Position numbers and translations under genes: made by a program | The notes under the pieces: model-generated | The model's database searches: none | Told to the model about the DNA's origin: nothing | Seen by the model: only the letters and a program-made list of their open reading frames with translations | Shown: one piece after another, positions 18,877 to 27,542 of the stretch | Position numbering within the stretch: position 1 is the stretch's first letter | Layout of the letters: each line of letters begins with the position of its first letter | From: Pseudomonadota bacterium | Lineage (GTDB): Bacteria; Pseudomonadota; Alphaproteobacteria; Rhizobiales; Hyphomicrobiaceae | Reading direction: 5' to 3' | NCBI GenBank assembly: GCA_023412805.1 | Contig: JAEZRM010000095.1 | Location: 54,109 to 118,108, forward strand | Length of the DNA: 64,000 bases

Positions 18877-18903
18877 GGAACAGATGACCAAACAATTCGT
18901 TCC
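18877..18903. promoter_or_regulatory. Palindromic bidirectional sigma-EcfG-type promoter
   Basis: GGAACagatgaccaaacaattcGTTCC. The plus strand reads GGAAC-N16-CGTT (perfect, toward the 18993 operon). The minus strand reads GGAAC-N16-TGTT (toward 18813/18733). Confidence 0.6.
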
Positions 18904-18992
18904 GTTACTAACTGACGCGCGCGACGGGAATCGCAGCTTGGTGGCGGCGCGCTGGCGAGCGCGCGTTCGCCCAGGAAAGGAGATGCGCACTC

Positions 18993-19256
18993 ATGACACC
19001 GCGAAGATTTGCGATTGTCGATGGCCCGGATAAACCCGCTCTTCAACGATCCCTCGCCCACTCCGGCGTGAATGACGTGCATTTCCGTGTCGAAGGCGAT
19101 GCGTTCGATGCGGACATTCAGCGCATGGATGAGGAGGCGGACGGCTTCACATTCAAGCTGTTGGGTCGTCTGACGTCAGGACGCGACCGTGGAGCTTCTT
19201 TCCATGGCATCTACAGTATCGAGAGCCGATCCGGATGGCTCGAACTCGGAGATTAA
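18993..19256 (+). CDS. Hypothetical 87-aa protein (first gene of EcfG-type operon)
   Basis: AAGGAG RBS. Acidic soluble composition: MTPRRFAIVDGPDKPALQRSLAHSGVNDVHFRVEGDAFDADIQRMDEEADGFTFKLLGRL... No family recognised. Confidence 0.55.
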   Translation: MTPRRFAIVDGPDKPALQRSLAHSGVNDVHFRVEGDAFDADIQRMDEEADGFTFKLLGRLTSGRDRGASFHGIYSIESRSGWLELGD

Positions 19257-19270
19257 TTGAGGAGCCCCCC

Positions 19271-19492
19271 ATGGCCAAATGCGATGTATGCGGAAATGAC
19301 TATGACAAGGCCTTCAAGGTTATTCAGGGTCAGCGCGAGATGACTTTCGACAGTTTCGAATGCGCGGTTCATGCAATGGCGCCGCGTTGTGAGCATTGTG
19401 AGTGCCGCATCATCGGCCACGGTGTCGAAGCTGGAGGGAAGTTATTCTGTTGTGCGCATTGTGCGACCCACGAGGCGGGCCATGCGCACTAG
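19271..19492 (+). CDS. Cys/His-rich small metal-binding protein (73 aa)
   Basis: Start at ATG 19271 (GAGGAG RBS). MAKCDVCGNDYDKAFKVIQGQREMTFDSFECAVHAMAPRCEHCECRIIGHGVEAGGKLFCCAHCATHEAGHAH has 9 Cys in CxxC / CxC / CCxxC arrangements. It belongs to a conserved but uncharacterised family that I recognise only by pattern. Confidence 0.7.
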   Translation: MAKCDVCGNDYDKAFKVIQGQREMTFDSFECAVHAMAPRCEHCECRIIGHGVEAGGKLFCCAHCATHEAGHAH

Positions 19493-19934
19493 ACAGCTGC
19501 ACGAGATCGATGGAAAGCGCACTTTTGCGGTCGTCCTCAGCGTCGGCGACGAAGCAATGGCGTGCCTGAAGGAATTTGCGGCATCTCAGAATATCGGGAG
19601 TGCCCAGATAACCGCGATAGGAGCGCTTTCCGCTGCCGAGATCGCGTTCTTCGATTGGGAGAGCAAGAAATATCTGCCAATCGAGATCGATGAGCAGGTT
19701 GAGGTCGCCTCCCTCATTGGCGACATCGCGCGCGATCCCGATGGCACGGCGGCGGTGCACGTTCATGCCGTCTTGTCGGATCGAACGGGAGCCGCGCGGG
19801 CCGGGCATCTCAACAAGGGTTATGTACGCCCCACTCTCGAAGCCATCGTCACCGAGACCCCTGCTCATCTGCAGAAAGTCCATGACCCCGAAAGTGGTCT
19901 TGCGCTCATCAAGCTTGCGCAGAGTGCCACTTAG
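19482..19934 (+). CDS. PPC (DUF296) domain protein
   Basis: The ATG overlaps the upstream gene by 11 nt. MRTRQLHEIDGKRTFAVVLSVGDEAMACLKEFAASQNIGSAQITAIGALSAAEIAFFDWESKKY...HVHAVLSD is a typical PPC/DUF296 layout. Confidence 0.75.
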   Translation: MRTRQLHEIDGKRTFAVVLSVGDEAMACLKEFAASQNIGSAQITAIGALSAAEIAFFDWESKKYLPIEIDEQVEVASLIGDIARDPDGTAAVHVHAVLSDRTGAARAGHLNKGYVRPTLEAIVTETPAHLQKVHDPESGLALIKLAQSAT

Positions 19935-19986
19935 GGCGGCCCTCGCCCGCCGCGGTAATACTTGAGACACTGGAACGGTCCCAGAC

Positions 19987-22560
19987 GTGGAAACTGACGC
20001 GATCGAAAATCGCACCGAGAGCGGGGAGAGCGAGCAGCCGCGGAGCGTCGTCGTGATCACGGGCGCAAGTGGCTTCATCGGACGCGCCCTGGCGACAGAG
20101 TTGGCGGGCCAGTACGATGTCATCGGCCTCGACTTCGCTTTGCCTGATGCTCCCTCATCCACGTTTGAAGCGATCCGCGTTGATCTAACCTCCGACCAGA
20201 GCGTCAAGGCAGCGTTCGGCCGTATCCGCGCCGCCTACGGCAATCGCATAGCGAGCGTCATTCATCTGGCCGGCTACTACGATCTTTCTGGCGATCCCAA
20301 TCCCAAATACGAAGCGGTCACCGTGCGCGGCACTGAGCGGCTTCTCCGGGCGCTGGATGATTTCGATGTCGAGCAGTTCATCTACGCCAGCACCATGCTG
20401 GTGCACGGCCCGACCGATCGCGGACGACCGATCGACGAGGATGCACCGCTGCAGCCGAAGACACCCTATCCTCAATCGAAGGCGGATACGGAGCATCTGC
20501 TCCGTGAAAAGCGCGGAGATATCCCGCTCATCATACTGCGTCTCGCGGGCGTGTATGATGAGCGCTGCCGTGCCGCATTTCTCGCCCAGCAGATTGCCAA
20601 TATCTACGAGCGGCAGTTCGTCAGCTACGTCTATCCCGGCGATCCAGAAAGCGGACAACCCTATCTTCACCTCGACGATCTTACTGATGCGGTCGTCCGC
20701 CTGATCGAGCGCAGATCCGATCTCTCCGAAGACATGACGTTGCTGCTCGGCGAGCCGGAGACGATGGGCTATGCCGATCTGCAAAAGGACATCGGTCGAT
20801 TGCTTCACGGTGAGGAATGGGAAACGCAGCAGATCCCCGCCCCACTCACCAAAACCGGCCAATGGCTGCAGGAGGATGTACTCGATCAGGATCCTTTCGT
20901 TCAGCCATGGATGATCGACCAGGCAAGCGACCACTACGAGATCGACATCTCACATGCCAAGGAGACGCTGGCTTGGTGGCCCAAGCATCGGCTTCGGCAG
21001 ACACTCCCCAAGATCATTGAAGCCCTCAAGGCCGATCCACCAGGATGGTACACGGCGAACAAACTGAATGCGGCACAGGTCGCGGCGTCCGATCCGGTCC
21101 TCGAGGAGGCCAAGATCCGCACGGAACGGCTGTCACGCAAGGATCGCCTGCGGGTAGAGGAAGAGCTGAACACGCAGCACAGCCAGACAACTTGGGCCCA
21201 CCTCGCCAATGCGGCGCTCGGTTTGTGGCTCGTCGCGAGCCCGTTCGCGCTAGGCCTGTTCGATCCGATTGGCAATGTCGCATCGCCCCCGGCGGCGGGA
21301 CACGCGCTCGCTGCCGCGGAACTCCGAAATCTGCGGCTCGGCGTCAGCGAAATGATCAGCGGCGCCGCAATTGTCCTCTTATCGCTGCTGGCCCTGAACC
21401 GCGCCAGATCGTGGGCACAGTGGGCGAGCGCCGCCGTCGGGGTGTGGATCCTGTTCGCCCCGCTCGTGTTCTGGACGACCAGCCCCGCGGCCTATGCCAG
21501 CGACACGCTGATCGGGATGCTGGTCATCGTGCTAGCCGTGATCGTTCCAGCGCAGCCCGGCATCAGCCGTGAGGCCCTCGCCTCACCTGCCGACGTTCCA
21601 TTGGGGTGGAGCTATTCGCCCTCGAGCTATTCGCAGCGCATGCCCATCGTTGCGCTCGCGTTCATCGGGCTCTTCATCTCCCGCTATCTTGCTGCCTACC
21701 AGCTGGGCCATATCGACGGCACCTGGGATCCGTTCTTTCAGGGCATCGAGGACCAGCAGAATGGAACGGAAGCGGTAATCACGTCGGCTGTGTCCAAAGC
21801 CTTCCCGATTGCCGATGCCGGCTTCGGTGCCATTGCCTACGCGCTCGACATTCTCACCGGTGCGATCGGCGATCGACGGCGCTGGCGCACAATGCCCTGG
21901 CTCGTACTCATTTTCGGCCTGCTCATCATTCCGCTCGGGCTCGTCAGCGTCGGCTTCATCATCATCCAGCCAACCGTCATCGGGACCCTGTGTGCACTCT
22001 GCCTCATGCAGGCAGCGGTCACGATCATCCTTGTCCCCTATTCGATCGACGAGGTGATCGCGACACTCCAGTACCTTCTCCAAAGCCGCCGAGCCGGGCG
22101 CTCGCTCTGGAAGACGCTATTTGTCGGTGGACCGGCGTTCGATGAACGCCGCGGAGCCGATGAGGACATGAGCAAGCTCGGCGACACAGTACGCGATTTC
22201 TTTCGGGGGGGCGTGACCTACCCATGGACGCTGGTTGCGACGGTCGGTGTCGGTATTTTGCTGATGTCCTCGCCGTTGATCGCCGGCAGCACCGGCACGC
22301 TGTATTTCAGCGATCATATTGCAGGGTGCCTGGCGATCACCATTGCAGTCACCGCTTTTGCGGAGGTCGCGCGTGCGGCGCGATTCCTGAATATTCCTCT
22401 CGGTTTGTGGGTAATGGCCTCGCCGTTTCTACTGACCGGCAGTTCAGCCTTAGCAACGGTTCTGAGCATAGCCGCGGGCTTGGCGCTCGTCGCATTGAGC
22501 CTGCCTCGCGGCACGTTGAGCGGCGAACACTATGGCGGCTGGGATCGGATGATCGTCTAG
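19987..22560 (+). CDS. Tri-domain fusion: NAD-dependent epimerase/dehydratase (SDR) plus SPW-repeat membrane domains plus VKOR-like membrane domain
   Basis: GTG start. VVVITGASGFIGRAL Rossmann motif, with an SDR catalytic YxxxK candidate at PYPQSK. It is followed by more than 12 predicted TM helices with SPW-like repeats (GLWLVASPFALGLF, GLWVMASPFLLTG, LLMSSPLIAG) and a TM CxxC (IGTLCALCLMQAAV) in a VKOR-like 4-5 TM block. The usual VKOR loop Cys pair is not evident. Confidence 0.6.
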   Translation: METDAIENRTESGESEQPRSVVVITGASGFIGRALATELAGQYDVIGLDFALPDAPSSTFEAIRVDLTSDQSVKAAFGRIRAAYGNRIASVIHLAGYYDLSGDPNPKYEAVTVRGTERLLRALDDFDVEQFIYASTMLVHGPTDRGRPIDEDAPLQPKTPYPQSKADTEHLLREKRGDIPLIILRLAGVYDERCRAAFLAQQIANIYERQFVSYVYPGDPESGQPYLHLDDLTDAVVRLIERRSDLSEDMTLLLGEPETMGYADLQKDIGRLLHGEEWETQQIPAPLTKTGQWLQEDVLDQDPFVQPWMIDQASDHYEIDISHAKETLAWWPKHRLRQTLPKIIEALKADPPGWYTANKLNAAQVAASDPVLEEAKIRTERLSRKDRLRVEEELNTQHSQTTWAHLANAALGLWLVASPFALGLFDPIGNVASPPAAGHALAAAELRNLRLGVSEMISGAAIVLLSLLALNRARSWAQWASAAVGVWILFAPLVFWTTSPAAYASDTLIGMLVIVLAVIVPAQPGISREALASPADVPLGWSYSPSSYSQRMPIVALAFIGLFISRYLAAYQLGHIDGTWDPFFQGIEDQQNGTEAVITSAVSKAFPIADAGFGAIAYALDILTGAIGDRRRWRTMPWLVLIFGLLIIPLGLVSVGFIIIQPTVIGTLCALCLMQAAVTIILVPYSIDEVIATLQYLLQSRRAGRSLWKTLFVGGPAFDERRGADEDMSKLGDTVRDFFRGGVTYPWTLVATVGVGILLMSSPLIAGSTGTLYFSDHIAGCLAITIAVTAFAEVARAARFLNIPLGLWVMASPFLLTGSSALATVLSIAAGLALVALSLPRGTLSGEHYGGWDRMIV

Positions 22561-22630
22561 CTCAGCAGCCGTAGCCCGAGCCAGTAGCGCTTTCGCTTCT
22601 ATGGTGGCTGTCGTGCTCGATATGTCAACA

Positions 22631-23143
22631 CTAGCTGGATTGATGCCGTTTGGCCTTGATGACACTCAGGTGCCCGCTATGCTCCACGTAGGCGACGTTG
22701 ACTTCCCCGATGTCGTCGATCCCCTGCTCTCGCAGGGCTGCGAGGAGCTCATCTTCGGTCAGCATTTCCCGCTGCATGTTCTCTCTCAGCATTTGACCTC
22801 CGGAGACAACCCTGAGAGGTGCTGACTGTAACCAAGGGCGCAACGTGGGATAGCGCCACCCGAGCCAGTCGAGGACGTACTCCCAACCCACTATGGTCAG
22901 AACCAGCACGATTCCTTCGGTGACGGACTGATACTCCTTTGCAAGTCCGTTCTGGGCCGCATCCGCGATCAATACGATCACAAGCAGATCCGCAGTGCCG
23001 AAGCGCCCGGACTGTCTCCTCGCGACAAAGCGGAGGATCACGAACAGCGCGAGGTACATAATGGTCCCGCGCACGATCACTTCCAGCAGCCCCATCGAGG
23101 GTTGGAACAACGAATACCAGTCTATGTGGAAAGCGCCCACCAT
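22631..23143 (-). CDS. DUF421 (YetF-like) membrane protein
   Basis: LEVIVRGTIMYLALFVILRFVARRQSGRFGTADLLVIVLIADAAQN...MLTEDELLAALREQGIDDIGEV.AYVEHSGHLSV is the typical DUF421 pattern. Confidence 0.8.
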   Translation of the reverse strand: MVGAFHIDWYSLFQPSMGLLEVIVRGTIMYLALFVILRFVARRQSGRFGTADLLVIVLIADAAQNGLAKEYQSVTEGIVLVLTIVGWEYVLDWLGWRYPTLRPWLQSAPLRVVSGGQMLRENMQREMLTEDELLAALREQGIDDIGEVNVAYVEHSGHLSVIKAKRHQSS

Positions 23144-23178
23144 CGGCCCTCGCAGGAATGGGCATCACTTGCCCCTTT

Positions 23179-23203
23179 AACACCATCTGCAGCACCGAGT
23201 TCC
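23179..23203 (-). promoter_or_regulatory. sigma-EcfG-type promoter, GGAAC-N16-TGTT
   Basis: Minus strand GGAACtcggtgctgcagatggTGTT. The -10 element is 36 nt upstream of the DUF421 ATG. Confidence 0.45.
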
Positions 23204-23256
23204 TGATCGAACCTCGAGCGCCTCCGCCGCTGCAACGACACTGACGCTTGCTCCAG

Positions 23257-23281
23257 GGAACTTTAGGATTGGCAGCGCGAT
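23257..23281 (+). promoter_or_regulatory. Weak sigma-EcfG-like site, GGAAC-N16-CGAT
   Basis: GGAACtttaggattggcagcgCGAT lies only about 20 nt upstream of the UdgX-like ATG. There is a mismatch in the -10 and the leader is very short. Confidence 0.25.
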
Positions 23282-23300
23282 TTCTCGTTGCGAGGCAACC

Positions 23301-23948
23301 ATGACAAACGAGCCAAACATCCGATCTGCCCCTGCGGAAACAGACGGAGAAGAGCCGAGAGCTCTTGCCGACCTCAATGCGCTGATCCTGTCAGCCCGGC
23401 ATTTGATCACCGGATCGACACGCGCCGTACTGGGTGAAGGGCCGATCGGCGCTCCCATAGCGCTGGTCGGCGAGCAGCCTGGTGATCAGGAGGATCTGCA
23501 GGGTCGCCCATTCGTAGGCCCTGCGGGGCGTCTTCTCGACCGCGCCCTCGCGGAGGCAGGCATCAATCGCAAACGCGCGTATGTGACGAATGCCGTCAAG
23601 CATTTCAAGTTCGAGGAGCGCGGCAAGCGACGTCTTCACAAAAAGCCCTCGGCGGGCGAGGTCCGTCACTATCGCTGGTGGCTGCGAAAGGAGCTGGAGC
23701 TTGTGCACCCGCGGATCGTCGTCGCGCTTGGTGCCACGGCCGTGCTTGCCCTCGCGGGAAAGGCACTGGCAATCGGCCGCTTCAGGGGGCCAGCCGACTT
23801 CGATGGCCAGGCGGGTTACATCACCGTCCATCCCTCCTATCTGCTGCGCCTGCGGGGAGAGAAAGCGCGCGACCTCGGCTTCGCTTCGTTCGTGGCAGAC
23901 TTGAATAGGGTTCGCGCGCTTGCAGCGCCTTCACGCGCGAAGCAGTGA
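23301..23948 (+). CDS. UdgX-like uracil-DNA-binding protein (UDG superfamily, family-4 related)
   Basis: GEQPGDQEDLQGRPFVGPAG motif A. VKHFKFEERGKRRLHKKPS insertion matches, from memory, the KRRIH loop unique to mycobacterial UdgX. HPSYLLR motif B. Confidence 0.7.
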   Translation: MTNEPNIRSAPAETDGEEPRALADLNALILSARHLITGSTRAVLGEGPIGAPIALVGEQPGDQEDLQGRPFVGPAGRLLDRALAEAGINRKRAYVTNAVKHFKFEERGKRRLHKKPSAGEVRHYRWWLRKELELVHPRIVVALGATAVLALAGKALAIGRFRGPADFDGQAGYITVHPSYLLRLRGEKARDLGFASFVADLNRVRALAAPSRAKQ

Positions 23949-24686
23949 AAGCAGCCGCCGGGCGTCTTTAGGTGCGGCGCTCTTTTGATCATTGTCGAAG
24001 TAGACGAAGATCTCACGACCGCCCCGTCTCCATCGCCGGATATCATCGGCCCAGGAGCTTAGGACTTTCTCGGGATATCGGCCCGTGTAGCGCCCCCCCG
24101 GCCCATGACCGCGTACGTACACGTGGCGCGCCGTCACCTTCCATGGTGCAGGAGCATCGTGATGATCCGAGAGGCAAAGCGCGGCATCATGCTCACGAAG
24201 GAGCCGGAGGATCTTCGCAGCATACCAACTCTCATGCCGAAACTCGAAGACGTAGCGGCGCCGCCGAGGCAGCATCGCGAGGAAAGCCTCCAAGCGACCG
24301 GCATCTTCCTGAAAGTTCGCGGGAAGCTGAAACAGCACCGGCCCGAGCTTGCGGCCGAGCCCGCGCAATCTCGTGCTCATCAGCTTGATCGAGCTGGGGC
24401 TTGCCTCCCCGAGGCGCTTCCAGTGCGTTATGTACTTCGACGCCTTCCAAGCGAACAGAAATCCATCGGGCGTATTGCTTCGCCACTCGCGTATGATCGC
24501 AAGTGACGGTGTGCGATAGAATGAACCGTTGATCTCAGTCGTCGCGAACTGCGTAGCGTACCACCCGAGCCAATTCCGTTTGGCGACGTCGGGCGGGTAG
24601 AATGGCCCGCGCCAGCCGTCGTACGTCCAGCCGGACGTTCCAATCCAGATGTTGCTGAGACCCTTCTCCTTCCGTGGTGCGGCCAT
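23931..24686 (-). CDS. DUF72 (YecE-like) protein
   Basis: Start at ATG 24684-24686. IWIGTSGWTYDGWRGPFYPPDV...EINGSFYRTP...VFEFRHESW is typical of DUF72. The ORF-track entry 23931..25124 reads through into the upstream SDR gene region and is too long. Its 3' end overlaps the convergent UdgX-like gene by 18 nt. Confidence 0.85.
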   Translation of the reverse strand: MAAPRKEKGLSNIWIGTSGWTYDGWRGPFYPPDVAKRNWLGWYATQFATTEINGSFYRTPSLAIIREWRSNTPDGFLFAWKASKYITHWKRLGEASPSSIKLMSTRLRGLGRKLGPVLFQLPANFQEDAGRLEAFLAMLPRRRRYVFEFRHESWYAAKILRLLREHDAALCLSDHHDAPAPWKVTARHVYVRGHGPGGRYTGRYPEKVLSSWADDIRRWRRGGREIFVYFDNDQKSAAPKDARRLLSLLRA

Positions 24687-24697
24687 AGAGGACGATC

Positions 24698-25558
24698 CTA
24701 GAGGAGCGGCCGTCCTCCTGTAACGGCGATGGTGGCGCCGGAGACGTAGCTCGATAAGGGATCTGCCAGCATGACGAAGGCCGTCGCGAGCTCCGCCGGC
24801 TGGCCAGGACGCTTCATTGGGACCTGCTTGCCGAAGTTGGCCACTGACTCTTCTGGAAGCGTAGAAGGTATGAGCGGCGTCCAGATCGGCCCCGGCGCGA
24901 CGGCATTGGCGCGGATGCCCTTCTCGGCGAGCAGTTGCGCGAGGCCAGCGGTAAAATTCTGGATCGCTCCCTTGGTCGTCGCATACGCGAGCAGACTGGG
25001 GTTCGGCATGTCGGAGTTGATCGACGCGGTGTTGATGATCGCACTTCCCGCCTTCATATGGGACACAGCGGCCTTGGTCAGATAAAACATGGCATGGATA
25101 TTGACCTTGAAGGTCAAGTCCCACTCCTCGTCCGAGATATCCGTGATGTCGTCGAAGCTCGCCTGATGTGCGGCGTTGTTCACGAGGATATCGATACCGC
25201 CGAGTTCCCTTACGGCCCGCTCGACGATCGCCCGGCAGTGGGCTGGCTCCTGAATATCCCCGGCCATGAGCACGGCCTTTCGGCCTGCATCTTCGACATG
25301 CCCCATGGTCTCCTTGGCATCCTCATGCTCTTCGAGATAGGAAATGAGCACATCCGCACCCTCGCGGGCGAAGGCGATAGCCACGGCGCGACCAATGCCG
25401 CTGTCGCCCCCCGTGATGATGGCTTTCTTGCCCTCGAGACGCCCCGCGCCTTTGTAGCTGCTCTCGCCGTGATCCGGCCTCGGCTTCATCTTGGCGGTCA
25501 CGCCAGGCATGGGCTGCTTCTGCTTCGGGAAGGGCGGCTCGGGTAACTTGGGTTCCAT
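24698..25558 (-). CDS. SDR family oxidoreductase (YghA / general stress protein 39-like)
   Basis: KKAIITGGDSGIGRAVAIAFAREGADVLISYL, NNAA, YATTKGA catalytic Y-x3-K. The N-terminal extension is typical of the YghA/YhxC group. Confidence 0.88.
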   Translation of the reverse strand: MEPKLPEPPFPKQKQPMPGVTAKMKPRPDHGESSYKGAGRLEGKKAIITGGDSGIGRAVAIAFAREGADVLISYLEEHEDAKETMGHVEDAGRKAVLMAGDIQEPAHCRAIVERAVRELGGIDILVNNAAHQASFDDITDISDEEWDLTFKVNIHAMFYLTKAAVSHMKAGSAIINTASINSDMPNPSLLAYATTKGAIQNFTAGLAQLLAEKGIRANAVAPGPIWTPLIPSTLPEESVANFGKQVPMKRPGQPAELATAFVMLADPLSSYVSGATIAVTGGRPLL

Positions 25559-25624
25559 GACGATCTCCTGCTGATGCGCGAGTACCGGTGGCGAGCGTCT
25601 CTCCGCTCGCCGAATCCGCCCTGC

Positions 25625-26128
25625 TCAGGCGGCCTTCTTCGCGCGAACATTGGCCAGGGATTGCGCCAACGATGTCAGGTCTTCGTCCGTCGCGGCCTCT
25701 TCCAGCAGTGTCTCGCCGAGCAAAGCTGCCGCATCCTTCATGCCGAGCTCGATAGCCCACTGCTTCAGCGTGCCGTAGCGCGTGATCTCGTAGTGCTCAA
25801 CAGCTTGGGCGGCCGATATCAGGCCTGCGTCAAGTGCGGGCGCCCCTTTGAACTCCTCAGCGATCTCGCCGCCTTCGGCGATGATCCCTTCGATGGCGTC
25901 ACACGTCTTTCCGCGGGCAGCCTTGCCCATCATCTCGAATACCTGCTCGAGGCGCTCGACGTGCCCTTCGGTCTGGGCCTCATGCTTTTCGAAAGCGGCC
26001 TTTAGCTCCTTTGATGCCGCCGCGCGGCGCATCTTGGGCAGAGCCTTGAGGACTTTTTTCTCTGCGTAGTAGATATCCCGAAGTGTATCGTGAAACAGGT
26101 CTTCCAATGTCTTTGCTTTGCTCGCCAT
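25625..26128 (-). CDS. YciE/YciF (DUF892) ferritin-like stress protein
   Basis: LEDLFHDTLRDIYYAEKKVLKALPKMRRAAASKELKAAFEKHEAQTEGHVERLEQVFEMMG is typical of DUF892. Confidence 0.88.
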   Translation of the reverse strand: MASKAKTLEDLFHDTLRDIYYAEKKVLKALPKMRRAAASKELKAAFEKHEAQTEGHVERLEQVFEMMGKAARGKTCDAIEGIIAEGGEIAEEFKGAPALDAGLISAAQAVEHYEITRYGTLKQWAIELGMKDAAALLGETLLEEAATDEDLTSLAQSLANVRAKKAA

Positions 26129-26164
26129 CGTCGATCTCCGCAGCAGAGGTTACGTTGATCCTCT

Positions 26165-26189
26165 AACAACTGCAGCGATAGGTGGTTCC
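26165..26189 (-). promoter_or_regulatory. sigma-EcfG-type promoter, GGAAC-N16-TGTT
   Basis: Minus strand GGAACcacctatcgctgcagtTGTT. The -10 element is 37 nt upstream of the yciF-like ATG, heading a probable yciF-SDR-DUF72 unit. Confidence 0.45.
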
Positions 26190-26246
26190 CGTGATCGATA
26201 CTTCGTGCAGCGCGCTTCCAGAATCGCGGCGTGGGTGCGCAGCGGT

Positions 26247-27542
26247 TCAGTTTCCCCGCCTTACCCGAAGAATTCTCGATGATCCGATGTCTCGATCATC
26301 GGTGAGAGCGTAGACAGCACCGTCCGGCCCGATGCGCACATCCCGCACGCGAGCGTTCAATGGCACACGCTCCTCGTAGGCAACGCGATCGCCCATCATA
26401 TGGAGCACGACGAGTCCCGTCGAGACCAGCCCGCCGACAATGAATGCGCCTCGCCATCCCGGAAACTCGTCACCTTCGTACAGGGCCATTCCGGATGGGC
26501 CGATGACCGGATCCCAATAGTATACGGGCTGCTCGGTCCCGGATTTTGCGGTTGTCCCCTTACCGACTGGCTTGCCGGAATATTCCACGCCGTAGGTCGC
26601 ATCAGGCCAGCCGTAATTGAGCCCCGCCTCCGGGCGGTTCAGCTCATCTCCTCCTTTCGGGCCGTGCTCGACGATCCAAAGCCGGCCATCTCGATCGAGT
26701 GCGGCGGATTGGGTATTGCGATGGCCGTAGCTCCAGATTTCGGGCAGAGCGCCTTTTGTCTCGACGAAAGGATTGTCGGACAGCGGCTTTCCGCTCTGAT
26801 CGATCCTGAAAACCTTGCCGAGGCCGCTGCCGAGATCCTGTGCCTGCGTGCGCACTTTCGCGTCCGACCGCTCGCCTACGGTCACGAACAGCTCACCGCT
26901 GGAACCAAACACAAGGCGCGAACCGTAGTGCTTATCACCATCGTAAGTGGGCATCTGCTGGAATATGACATCGACGTTCGTCAGCGCGCCACTGCCGCTG
27001 TCGTCGAGGGCCAATGTCGCGGAGGCGACGCTGGTTGCGTTGCCGCCTTCGCGCGGCTCAGAGAACGAGAAGAAAATGCGGTTCGAGGTGTCGAAGTCTG
27101 GCGCCAGGACAACATCGAGCAGTCCGCCCTGCCCTTTGCTGTCGACCTTGGGGACTCCAGAGAACGGCTCACCGGCACGGCCGTCCCGCGAAATAACATA
27201 CATACGGCCATCCTTTGCAGTCGCCAGAAGGCGGCCGTCTGGAAGAAAGCGTATTGCCCACGTCAGAGGCAATTGCTCAGCAAACATTGATGTCGTCGTT
27301 CGCACCATCTCAGCCGGCTGCGGAGCTCGCGTCTGCCCGGCAAACGCTGGCTTCTGGTGGGGCGCATTGGGCGGCTGCGTTTCGACTGATTCAGCCGCGT
27401 CTCCCGCCCGCGCTCCCTTTGCCGGAGGTGCTCCTTCCGCTTCTTTACTGGGCGACGTACCACCGCCCGATTGCGCAAGAATGGGGAGGGCAAAAAGAGA
27501 AGATAGGATGGTGCCCACCAATAGGGGGATGGCGCGAGGCAT
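26247..27542 (-). CDS. PQQ-dependent sugar dehydrogenase (YliI/soluble aldose dehydrogenase-like), second copy
   Basis: Signal peptide MPRAIPLLVGTILSSLFALPILAQS. HRNTQSAALDRDGRLWIVEHGPKGGDELNRPEAGLNYGWP is typical of sGDH/YliI propellers. Confidence 0.85.
   Translation of the reverse strand: MPRAIPLLVGTILSSLFALPILAQSGGGTSPSKEAEGAPPAKGARAGDAAESVETQPPNAPHQKPAFAGQTRAPQPAEMVRTTTSMFAEQLPLTWAIRFLPDGRLLATAKDGRMYVISRDGRAGEPFSGVPKVDSKGQGGLLDVVLAPDFDTSNRIFFSFSEPREGGNATSVASATLALDDSGSGALTNVDVIFQQMPTYDGDKHYGSRLVFGSSGELFVTVGERSDAKVRTQAQDLGSGLGKVFRIDQSGKPLSDNPFVETKGALPEIWSYGHRNTQSAALDRDGRLWIVEHGPKGGDELNRPEAGLNYGWPDATYGVEYSGKPVGKGTTAKSGTEQPVYYWDPVIGPSGMALYEGDEFPGWRGAFIVGGLVSTGLVVLHMMGDRVAYEERVPLNARVRDVRIGPDGAVYALTDDRDIGSSRILRVRRGN

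Noticed and set aside
24687-25124. N-terminal extension of ORF 23931..25124 (397 aa)
   Set aside because: The extension runs out of frame through the 3' part of the SDR gene (24698..25558). The DUF72 homology begins at MAAPRKEKG... (ATG 24686).
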